Source of the DNA: an uncultured Candidatus Saccharibacteria bacterium
GTDB taxonomy: Bacteria; Patescibacteriota; Minisyncoccia; Phycocordibacterales; CAIZLB01
Length of the DNA stretch: 64,000 nucleotides
NCBI GenBank assembly: GCA_964520195.1
Contig: CAZFNX010000002.1
Span: 2,884-66,883 of the forward strand
Direction of reading: 5' to 3'
Shown: piece after piece, positions 18,569-28,417 of the stretch
Position numbering within the stretch: the first letter of the stretch is position 1
Layout of the letters: each line of letters begins with the position of its first letter
Notes under the pieces: model-generated
What the model saw: only the letters and a program-made list of their open reading frames with translations
The model's database searches: none
Told to the model about the DNA's origin: nothing
Position numbers and translations under genes: made by a program

Positions 18569-19495
18569 TTATAGAGAACGAATAAGATCTATAGCCTTTG
18601 TGATAACTGGTATCATATCTTCATACAGATTAAGATCAAGTACAGCATCTATCTTAAACCACGCCGCATCTTTCAATCCCCCCTCCTTTCTCGGAGTCAG
18701 TGATGTAAATGTCGCTTCTGCAACAATATACTCTACTTGTTTTCTTATTTTTTTAAATTCTGGATGAGATGCAACATATTCACTCGTATCAATAGTTTGT
18801 TTATATATACACTCAATACCCAACTCTTCTATAACCTTTCTTTTTGCGGCTTCTACCAACTCTTCACCATCTTGAATCTTACCTTTTGACAGTGTCCAGA
18901 AACCAAACACATCATGAACGAGCGCAAGATATATATCACCTTCATGTTTTGCATATACGATACTTCCTACAAGTTTTTGTACAGGGAGAAGAGCTTTTTC
19001 TTCTGGTGTAAGTTCTTTACGAGTTTTCTTTTCTGCCTTGATAGATCGTTCTGATTTTTTATTTGCTTCGTCTGCTCCATACAACTCTCGATACACTGCA
19101 CCAAGCACTCCGTTTACAAACTTACCTGAAGTCTCTCCACTGAAAAATTTAGCCACTTCTATAGCTTCGTTAATAGCAACTTTAGCTGGAACTTCTTTTT
19201 TATCAGCATAGATAAGTTCATACAAACCCAAACGAAGAACGTTTCGATCTACTGTACCTATTTTATCAAGAGGCCACTCTGGAGCAGCTTTAACTATAAT
19301 CTCATCTATCTCTTTTTGCTTTTTTAAAATACCATCAAGGAGAGCTTTTGCATATGACAAATCTACGTCGTCTTGAGAAAATTCTTTCACATTGTGTGTA
19401 AGAACTTCTTCAAAAAGATTAGGGTCAATATGGCGAAAATCTATCTCATATAGAGATTGAAGTGCTATTGTTCGGGATTGATGTCGACTTGCCAT
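18569..19495 (-). CDS. nusB: NusB antitermination domain fused to a C-terminal NUDIX hydrolase domain
   Basis: The first ~140 aa are NusB (MASRHQSRTIALQSLYEIDF...). The C-terminal ~150 aa carry a Nudix box (GKIQDGEELVEAAKRKVIEELGI). Confidence 0.7.
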   Translation of the reverse strand: MASRHQSRTIALQSLYEIDFRHIDPNLFEEVLTHNVKEFSQDDVDLSYAKALLDGILKKQKEIDEIIVKAAPEWPLDKIGTVDRNVLRLGLYELIYADKKEVPAKVAINEAIEVAKFFSGETSGKFVNGVLGAVYRELYGADEANKKSERSIKAEKKTRKELTPEEKALLPVQKLVGSIVYAKHEGDIYLALVHDVFGFWTLSKGKIQDGEELVEAAKRKVIEELGIECIYKQTIDTSEYVASHPEFKKIRKQVEYIVAEATFTSLTPRKEGGLKDAAWFKIDAVLDLNLYEDMIPVITKAIDLIRSL

Positions 19496-19544
19496 AGTAT
19501 GTGTGTGTTATGTAAATGAGCAAACCTCAGAGACCGGCAATATG

Positions 19545-19775
19545 TTATGCCTTACTTCCTGCCTCGGCTTTTTGCTTTTTAACTACTTTTTTATCAATTT
19601 TAGATTGCATATCAATCACCATTTTACCCTTAAAAAATCCACAGTTTTTACAAACAAGGTGTTTTGGAGTAGGTTGTCCGCAGTTTGAGCAAAGTGCTAA
19701 ATCTACAGCAGTAAGAGCATGATGACTTCTTCTGTTACGAGTATGACCTCGTGTATGACGCATGTGGTTTACCAT
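19545..19775 (-). CDS. rpmF: 50S ribosomal protein L32
   Basis: MVNHMRHTRGHTRNRRSHHALT...CSNCGQPTPKHLVCKNCGFFKG is the L32 Zn-ribbon pattern. Start trimmed to the ATG at 19775. Confidence 0.8.
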   Translation of the reverse strand: MVNHMRHTRGHTRNRRSHHALTAVDLALCSNCGQPTPKHLVCKNCGFFKGKMVIDMQSKIDKKVVKKQKAEAGSKA

Positions 19776-20131
19776 AATACTATGAGTATACGTATTTTGA
19801 GGATAATTGCAAGAGGACACAATACTGTGGTGATATGATGGTCAACGCCTAGATATACCACAAAGTGGTTGACGTATATATAAAATAGACGTATAAATAT
19901 ATGCAACCGTCATCATAGTGATGACTCAGATACTGAACCTTCAATCCTTGATATCCCATGTTTGATTTCTGTATAATACTTGTTCTTTTGATAGTGTCTA
20001 TCTATGGAATTCTTCTTCTGATAGAGAAAATTTTCAAAGATGAGGAACGAGAACAACCACCTCAAGAGAAGGAAAGAGACCCAGCGACCGACGCTTGGCT
20101 ATAGAGAATATTCTCTTACTGTCTCACCTCC

Positions 20132-20168
20132 CCAGACCCGCCACCCTAGGCGCGTCTGGTTTTTTATT
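20132..20168 (+). terminator. Rho-independent terminator / 3' end of a GC-rich leader upstream of dnaE
   Basis: CCAGAC-CCGCCACCCTAGGCGC-GTCTGG followed by TTTTTTATTT, about 70 nt upstream of the dnaE ATG. Confidence 0.5.
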
Positions 20169-20238
20169 TACAAACAACCCAACAAAACACCTCTCATAAC
20201 CAGTACCGAAACCATACCAAAAATCGTATACTATACTC

Positions 20239-23200
20239 ATGACATTTATCCATCTCCACGTACACAGTCATTACAGTCTTCTTCAAGCTGTTCCTAAGAT
20301 TGATGAGCTTGTGAAAAAAGCAAAGGAGTTTGGTATGACTGCTCTTGCACTGACCGATAACGGTAACTTGTACGGTGCTATCGAGTTTTATAAAGAATGT
20401 ACCGCGAAAGGTATCAAACCTATTTTAGGAGTTGATTTTTATGTAGCACCACGTACTCGTCACGACAAAGAAGGTCGTCTTGATACAAAGCGAACACGCC
20501 ACATACTACTCGCAAAAAACTATGAAGGATATCTCAACCTTATCAAACTCGTAACGGACTCAAACCTTGAGGGTTACTACTATAAACCTCGTATTGATAC
20601 AGAGCTTATACAAAAATATCATGACCATCTTATCTGTATAATTCCCTTCTGGAATAGCAAGATTTCTGAAGCATTAAAAGTAGATGACGATGAAGTTGCC
20701 GATCAAGAGTATGCACTACTTAAGCAAATATATGGTGATGAAAATATTTTTTATGAAATCACACGGCACGACGAACTTCCAAACCATGACAAACTTGAAG
20801 CTCGAGTTATTGCATTTATAGAAAAACATAACATCAAACCAGTTGCAGCCAACGATGTTTTTTACATGAATCCAGAAGACAAGAAAGCTCGTGCAACCAT
20901 GATGTCAATACAAAATGGTACAGCTGAACGTTTTACAGAAGACGATGCAGACTTATCTTTTGTATCACCAGATCGTATGGAGGAATTATTTCATGATGAA
21001 CATAATCCGAAAAAAGATACAGTATACAAACAAGCGCTTGCAAATACACAAGTTATAGCCGATATGTGTGATCTTAAGATAGAGCTTGGAAAATGGGTAT
21101 TCCCTAAGATGGATCTACCTGAAGGGAAAAATGCTGATGAAGCACTACGCGACGTTGTATATGAAGGATTTGCAAAAAGAAATGTCGAAAAGACTCCTGA
21201 AGTTTTAAAGCGTGTTGAGTACGAGCTTGAGGTTATTAAGACTAAAGGATATTCTCCATACTTTTTGATTGTATCCGATCTTCTTCGTTTCGCTAAAGAG
21301 AATGAAATTCTCTCAAACATCAGAGGGTCTGTATCTGGATCTATGGTGACATATCTTTCTGGTATCACCAACATCGATCCCTTAGAGTTCCAGATTCCTT
21401 TTGAACGTTTCCTTAACCCTGAGCGACCATCTGCTCCTGATATTGACATGGACTATGCTGACGATAGACGTGATGACATTATCAACTATGCCCGAAGAAA
21501 ATACGGTGCAGAAAAAGTAGCTCAGATTGGAACATTTGGAACCATGGCTGCAAAAGGATCCATTAAAGACGTGACTCGAGCTCTTGGATATCCATATACA
21601 CTTGGTGATCAGATTTCAAAACTTGTTCCATTGGGTTCTCAAGGATTTCTTATGACGATTGAACATGCTCTCGAAATCACACCTGAACTGAAAGAGTTAT
21701 ATGACACAAATCCAGATGTGCGAACAATCATAGATATGGCAAAGAAAGTTGAAGGATGTGCGAGACATATCGGTGTGCACGCTGCTGGTGTTGTTATCTC
21801 TCCTACTGCGCTTACAGATTTTACTCCACTTCAATGGGATACTAAAGGTGAACAAAAAATCATCAGTCAGTATGATATGTATTCTATTGAAGAAGCAGGA
21901 CTTTTAAAGTTCGATTTTCTTGGTCTTAAAAACTTAAAGATTATCTATGAATGTAAAAAACTTGTTCGCAATAGATATGGTATTGACCTCGATATTGACA
22001 ATCTTACTCTCTCAGATAAAAAAACATTTGAAATGCTTGCGCGCGGAGAGACGCAAGATTTATTCCAGTTGAACGGCGATGGTATGACTAAGTATCTTGT
22101 TGACCTGAAGCCTACAACTATACACGATATCAATGCGATGGTTGCCTTATATCGACCTGGTCCTATACAGTTTATTCCTATGTACATAGAGCGTAAACAT
22201 AATCCTACTCTTGTAACATACATGGATCCTATGCTTGAAGATATTCTTGAGAAAACATATGGTGTGCTTGTATATCAAGATGACCTTTTGATGATGGCAC
22301 ACAAGATTGCTGGATATAGTTGGGGCGAAGTAGATAAGTTTCGTAAAGCTGTAGGTAAAAAGATTCCTGAAGAAATGGCTGCCCAGAAAGATAAGTTTAT
22401 CAAAGGATGTGTATCTCATAGTAAATGGACAGAAAAGAAAGCTACTGATGTATGGAAATGGATTGAACCATTTGCGTCATATGGTTTTAACAAAGCTCAC
22501 TCAGTATCCTATGGACGAGTCTCGTATATCACTGCGTATTTGAAAGCAAACTTTCCTACCGAATATATGACCGCTATTCTGACAGCAGAGGCTGGTGATC
22601 TTGAGGGTGTTGCTGTATCCATCAAAGAATGTAAACGTATGGGTATAACCATACTTCCTCCAAGTGTGAACGAGAGTTTTGGTACATTTACCGTTATACC
22701 AGAATATACAACTGATGACACAGGTATCAAACATGATGCTATACGTTTTGGATTGTATAGTATTAAAAACTTAGGTGAAGGTATTGCACAAAGTATTATT
22801 ACCAACAGAACAGAGAGCGGACCATTTACAAGTATTGAAAACTTTTTAGAGCGCATACAAGATAGAAACTTAAACAAAAAATCTTTCGAGGCACTGGTAA
22901 AATCAGGCGCCATGGATGATCTTGGCGACCGAATACAATTACTCGAAAACGCAGACAGATATCTTGAACACAATAAAGCTCATGCAAAAAAAGATGCAGC
23001 CCAAGGTAGCTTGTTTGATATATTTGCTTCTGTAGAGAGTGCCGAAGGTGCTGAGCATATGGTCGAGAAAAAGAAAATTGTACAAAAACCAGAAGATATG
23101 CAACAACGGCTTGCATGGGAAAAAGAGTTACTTGGATTTTACATTAGTGGTCACCCACTTGATAAATATCGATCTGTTCTTGAAAGTAGAAATATTGATA

Positions 23201-23484
23201 TCCTTAAAGTGTTGTCAGAAGGGGTTCCAGAAAAAATGTATATCCTTGGTGGTATTGTAGAAAAAGTCAAAGAAATCCCAACAAAAAAAGATCCGTTGAA
23301 GCGAATTATGTTTTTTACATTAAAAGATTTACATGGAGAGATTGAGGTGGTGGTATTTCCAAAAAGTGTTGATGCAGCAAGAAAAGTGATTGTAGACGAA
23401 GCATGTATTGTGCTTAAAGGTAAATTTTCGCCTCGTGATGATAAAAAAGGGTTAGTATTTGAGAGTGCGCAGAGGTTGAATTAA
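20239..23484 (+). CDS. dnaE: DNA polymerase III alpha subunit
   Basis: N-terminal PHP domain (IHLHVHSHYSLLQAV), polymerase core motifs, and an OB-fold C-terminus. 1081 aa. Confidence 0.95.
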   Translation: MTFIHLHVHSHYSLLQAVPKIDELVKKAKEFGMTALALTDNGNLYGAIEFYKECTAKGIKPILGVDFYVAPRTRHDKEGRLDTKRTRHILLAKNYEGYLNLIKLVTDSNLEGYYYKPRIDTELIQKYHDHLICIIPFWNSKISEALKVDDDEVADQEYALLKQIYGDENIFYEITRHDELPNHDKLEARVIAFIEKHNIKPVAANDVFYMNPEDKKARATMMSIQNGTAERFTEDDADLSFVSPDRMEELFHDEHNPKKDTVYKQALANTQVIADMCDLKIELGKWVFPKMDLPEGKNADEALRDVVYEGFAKRNVEKTPEVLKRVEYELEVIKTKGYSPYFLIVSDLLRFAKENEILSNIRGSVSGSMVTYLSGITNIDPLEFQIPFERFLNPERPSAPDIDMDYADDRRDDIINYARRKYGAEKVAQIGTFGTMAAKGSIKDVTRALGYPYTLGDQISKLVPLGSQGFLMTIEHALEITPELKELYDTNPDVRTIIDMAKKVEGCARHIGVHAAGVVISPTALTDFTPLQWDTKGEQKIISQYDMYSIEEAGLLKFDFLGLKNLKIIYECKKLVRNRYGIDLDIDNLTLSDKKTFEMLARGETQDLFQLNGDGMTKYLVDLKPTTIHDINAMVALYRPGPIQFIPMYIERKHNPTLVTYMDPMLEDILEKTYGVLVYQDDLLMMAHKIAGYSWGEVDKFRKAVGKKIPEEMAAQKDKFIKGCVSHSKWTEKKATDVWKWIEPFASYGFNKAHSVSYGRVSYITAYLKANFPTEYMTAILTAEAGDLEGVAVSIKECKRMGITILPPSVNESFGTFTVIPEYTTDDTGIKHDAIRFGLYSIKNLGEGIAQSIITNRTESGPFTSIENFLERIQDRNLNKKSFEALVKSGAMDDLGDRIQLLENADRYLEHNKAHAKKDAAQGSLFDIFASVESAEGAEHMVEKKKIVQKPEDMQQRLAWEKELLGFYISGHPLDKYRSVLESRNIDILKVLSEGVPEKMYILGGIVEKVKEIPTKKDPLKRIMFFTLKDLHGEIEVVVFPKSVDAARKVIVDEACIVLKGKFSPRDDKKGLVFESAQRLN

Positions 23485-23597
23485 TACACGAAACAGGATA
23501 TACTCACAATATGTTCTGGGTTACGTTGGAGGTTAGGTGACGGATATAAAACAACCCAGAAACACTACAGCCGACCTGAGAGACCGAACTGTGGGAT

Positions 23598-23672
23598 GGC
23601 TATGTACTAAGAAAGATCCGAAACCTAGCAGGATGAGGTAACGAACACTTAGTGCATAGCCACTTTTTTATT
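23598..23672 (+). terminator. Long-stem terminator / 3' part of a GC-rich structured element downstream of dnaE
   Basis: GGCTATGTACTAAG ... CTTAGTGCATAGCC (14-bp stem with one G:T pair) followed by CTTTTTTATTTT. Confidence 0.5.
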
Positions 23673-25018
<1,346 letters not shown>

Positions 25019-25034
25019 ATATACATTTTGCTTG

Positions 25035-25105
25035 TTGCGGAACTTGGATTTGCACCAAGGCTTTCAGGTTATGAGCCTGACGAGCTACTGTTACTCTATC
25101 CCGCT
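25035..25105 (-). tRNA. Second CAT-anticodon tRNA (Met/Ile2 family), 71 nt, with A1:A72 mismatch
   Basis: The reverse complement AGCGGGATAGAGTAACAGTAGCTCGTCAGGCTCATAACCTGAAAGCCTTGGTGCAAATCCAAGTTCCGCAA gives anticodon stem TCAGG/CCTGA, loop CTCATAA and T-arm CTTGG-TGCAAAT-CCAAG. The D-arm is short. Confidence 0.55.
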
Positions 25106-25210
25106 ATTGGATAGGTACTAATATACTACATTTTACACATATGTGCAAATCAACATTCTAAGGACTACCTTAGAATGTTGATTCTATTATCTCTGTATTA
25201 TCTTAGTCTA

Positions 25211-27571
25211 CTATTTCCCCAATAAAACACTTTTTATAAGCCTATTTACATACTCTCTTGTAACCGGACCAAAGAAACCAGGAGTTGTTTTAATGTTATT
25301 TGCTTTCTGAAATCGAGTTAGTGCAGATTGGGTTGCAAAACCAAACTTATCCGTCTCTTTACCAGGAGATCCTGCTCCAGTCTTAGCCACAGTAAAGCCA
25401 AGTGCATTAAGAAGTATTTGAAGTTTTTTAGTCTCCGGAGTTTGTCCAACAAAAGGATACAAACTAACACTAAACGTAAACGGTGCACCGGTTGAAGTCA
25501 TAAAGATACTTCTTTGAGTAGAAGGAATCAGACTTTGTATAGCGTTAACTGCACCAACCGATCCTGACGAAAATGAACCACTTCCACTACTTCCACCAGT
25601 AGGACCGCTCCATGAGCTTACTGTAACTGCAACAGGTGTGGTTGTAGTAGCTGTTGTGGTTGCATCTAATGCACTCGTTGTGAACGTCTGATCTTCTGTT
25701 ATAGATATATTACCAAGTACATCTGTAGATATAAGACGATGATGGTATGTAGTGTTTGGAATCAAATCTGTCAACACAAACACATGAGTCGTTGTTCCAG
25801 TGGAAATACTCATACTACTGTCATATATATCTGTGAGGCCGTACTCAATAGTTGATGTTGCTACCTCATCTGTTATCCAAGAAATAGTTACAGTTGATGT
25901 TCCTATCTCATATGTAATATCAGACAATACTGGTCCAGATACATCTCCAGGTGGAGGTGTAGCATTTACGATCTGAATAGCAACATTATCGGATAGATTG
26001 TGTAAAAAATTAGTTAAATCATATGGAGATGTTTGTACGTATACTCCAGTATTATCTATAACATGTACATTTGTAGTACTTGAAGCATTAAGAATATCAA
26101 CCGCCTCACCAGAACCGACAGTATATAAACCATACAATGTAGAAGTGCCTATCAAATTGTTAAGAAGAACACTTACACCGTTGTTTAATACAATACTCAA
26201 TGATGACGTTGCGGCATCAATCTCCCTATTAAAATAAGCTCGGATATCTATCACATCACCTTGTGTATATGTTCCACTAGTAGATGTAGAATCTATACCA
26301 AGGAGAGTTACACCAAAACTACATGTTCCATTATCAACATTGGCAGAAGAGTTAAAATTATCTGCAGCATCATTTGTACAACCATAGACAATAGGTATCT
26401 GACACGATCCGTCATCAACGTTTGCAGCAGAGTTGTACTCTATATATGCTGCATCTGTACAACCAGCAAGAACAGGCGTACTACACGAATCATCATTATA
26501 GTTTGCTAAAGGATTATATTCGAGATAATTAGAATCCATACACCCAGGAACAGCAACTGTGTGACATGATCCATCATCAAGATTTGCCAAAGGATTATAT
26601 TCGAGATATTGAGAATCTGTACATCCTGCAACAGGTGATGCACATGAACCATTATCAACGTTTGCAGCGGGGTTATAATTAGGAGCAGAAGGATTTGTAC
26701 ATCCTGGAACAGCGAGAGTATGACATGAGCCATCATTCATGGTTGCAGCTGGGTTATATTCAAGATATGCACTATCTGTACATCCAGGTACACTATGACT
26801 ACATGTCCCGTCATCAACGTTTGCATTAGAATCGTAATTTACAGCATCAGAATCTGTACACCCAGGAACAGCAACTGTGTGACATGATCCATCGTCCACT
26901 GTGGCAGAAGAATTATATTCGAGATATTGAGAATCTGTACAACCATACACAACAGGTGTAACACATGATCCATCATCAACATTTGCATCAGGATTGTATT
27001 CTACATAAGTAGAGTTTGTACAACCCAAAACCGCTAAGGTACTACATGATCCATCATCTGTATTCGCAGCAGGATTGTATTCTACATAAGCAGGATCTGT
27101 ACAACCATATTCAATAGGTGTTGCACACGATCCATCGGACATGGTCGCAGAAGGGTTATATTCAAGATATCCAGAATCCATACAACCAAGTATTACACAT
27201 GATCCATTATCCATATTTGCATCGACGTTATAATTAGTAGCAGCAGGGTTTGTACATCCAGATATAATACACAATGTGTTATCAACATTTGCAAAAGGAT
27301 CATAATTGTCAGCAGAAGGATTTGTACATCCATACACGATAGGTGTTAGACAAGATCCATCATCTACAGTAGCGTCAGGATTATATTCGAGATATGCAGA
27401 GTTAGTACAGCCAGGAATATCATCAGCCAAAATAACAGATGCAGAATGTGAAGAAAGAAATACTAACAATATAGCAGCGATAACAGAAAAAACATTAAAC
27501 AGGAGCACTATTGATATTGATGATAACTTCTTATACATATAAGTATTATTATACCTTATATAAAGACTCAA
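25211..27571 (-). CDS. Secreted repeat protein: 14 tandem Cys-bracketed ~25-aa repeats, an FN3-like domain and a C-terminal peptidoglycan-binding (PG_binding_1) domain
   Basis: N-terminal signal/TM segment. 14 units of GCTxSxYLEYNPxANVDDGSC. FN3-like segment (GPVLSDITYEIGTSTVTISW...YHHRL). The C-terminal LQILLNALGF...FGFATQSALTRFQKANNIK...GPVTREYV matches the PG-binding repeat fold. Confidence 0.7.
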   Translation of the reverse strand: MSLYIRYNNTYMYKKLSSISIVLLFNVFSVIAAILLVFLSSHSASVILADDIPGCTNSAYLEYNPDATVDDGSCLTPIVYGCTNPSADNYDPFANVDNTLCIISGCTNPAATNYNVDANMDNGSCVILGCMDSGYLEYNPSATMSDGSCATPIEYGCTDPAYVEYNPAANTDDGSCSTLAVLGCTNSTYVEYNPDANVDDGSCVTPVVYGCTDSQYLEYNSSATVDDGSCHTVAVPGCTDSDAVNYDSNANVDDGTCSHSVPGCTDSAYLEYNPAATMNDGSCHTLAVPGCTNPSAPNYNPAANVDNGSCASPVAGCTDSQYLEYNPLANLDDGSCHTVAVPGCMDSNYLEYNPLANYNDDSCSTPVLAGCTDAAYIEYNSAANVDDGSCQIPIVYGCTNDAADNFNSSANVDNGTCSFGVTLLGIDSTSTSGTYTQGDVIDIRAYFNREIDAATSSLSIVLNNGVSVLLNNLIGTSTLYGLYTVGSGEAVDILNASSTTNVHVIDNTGVYVQTSPYDLTNFLHNLSDNVAIQIVNATPPPGDVSGPVLSDITYEIGTSTVTISWITDEVATSTIEYGLTDIYDSSMSISTGTTTHVFVLTDLIPNTTYHHRLISTDVLGNISITEDQTFTTSALDATTTATTTTPVAVTVSSWSGPTGGSSGSGSFSSGSVGAVNAIQSLIPSTQRSIFMTSTGAPFTFSVSLYPFVGQTPETKKLQILLNALGFTVAKTGAGSPGKETDKFGFATQSALTRFQKANNIKTTPGFFGPVTREYVNRLIKSVLLGK

Positions 27572-27580
27572 TACAACATA

Positions 27581-28411
27581 CTATATAAGATTTAACTCTG
27601 TAAATACTTTTTTATATCCATCTAGTGCCGCCTCAGCATCTGTTCTTCCGAGAACAAAGTTTGATCCTTGGTGCGCTAGCTCATTTCTTACCCTGTGTGC
27701 CTTCCACGCATAATCAAGCGTTGCTAACTGCGACTTATTTGTATTCTTTAACATATCACCTACCGTTGTACCTATGAATCCACTTTGTTTTAAAATATCA
27801 AAAAGCATAATATCCGCTTCAATAATAGCCAATCTTAACTCTGCCTGATTGCCACTTCGGGCATAGGCTTCTATCATATCCCATTTAGGATTTTGTATTC
27901 CATTAGTATCTGGTACGTATCCTTGAGGTACAGGTTGTATATCTGGGGCATGCTCTGCATCTTGTACCTTTGTAATCCCTAAAGTTTTTTCATATTCCTC
28001 TTTAACAACTTTAAGTTTGAAAGAAAAAAGGTTTTTAAAAATCCAAAATAATATTGAGAAAAATATCGACACTATAATACAAATATAGAAGATGGTTTGA
28101 ATCAAATCAGTTGTCCTGAACTTTGCTTGATCAAGTAAACTTGGTTCAACCGTTGTATCATCAATCTTTCGCTCATGCAATAAAGCATCATAGAAATTAC
28201 GTATTCCAACACTTATTGTTTTGTCTGTAATACCATTTTTCGATGTATCAGAATCCGTCTGAGGATTATTTTCAAGACGAGGGATAGTAACAAAAAATAT
28301 TGTAATCAATCCAAAAATTAACAATAACACCTCTTCAAATCCAAATCCTCCCCCGCCTTTTTTAGCATCCTTCTTATCATCTTTTTTAGCGTCTTTTTTT
28401 GCTTCTGCCAT
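27581..28411 (-). CDS. Membrane-anchored protein with C-terminal DUF4145/HEPN-like domain
   Basis: Lys/Asp-rich N-terminus, two TM helices, then a C-terminal ~110 aa with the Rx4-6H-type motif (WKAHRVRNELAHQGSNF) characteristic of DUF4145/HEPN. Confidence 0.5.
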   Translation of the reverse strand: MAEAKKDAKKDDKKDAKKGGGGFGFEEVLLLIFGLITIFFVTIPRLENNPQTDSDTSKNGITDKTISVGIRNFYDALLHERKIDDTTVEPSLLDQAKFRTTDLIQTIFYICIIVSIFFSILFWIFKNLFSFKLKVVKEEYEKTLGITKVQDAEHAPDIQPVPQGYVPDTNGIQNPKWDMIEAYARSGNQAELRLAIIEADIMLFDILKQSGFIGTTVGDMLKNTNKSQLATLDYAWKAHRVRNELAHQGSNFVLGRTDAEAALDGYKKVFTELNLI

Positions 28412-28417
28412 ATAGAA

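Noticed and set aside
20040-20297. 85-aa ORF overlapping the dnaE start
   Set aside because: It overlaps the dnaE start in another frame and contains an intrinsic terminator mid-ORF. It is treated as a non-coding leader.
23521-23660. Hammerhead-like CUGA...GAAA fragments and SRP-like AGCAG/GAAA motifs in the dnaE-downstream element
   Set aside because: The conserved cores do not match when laid out (no CUGANGA, no GGAA-closed helix-8 symmetric loop), so no family assignment is made.
26340-27425. Regular ~70-bp periodic DNA repeats that could look like a CRISPR array
   Set aside because: They lie inside one long ORF and encode the Cys-bracketed protein repeats. The repeat units are not conserved exactly and no unique spacers alternate with them. 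No cas genes are nearby.
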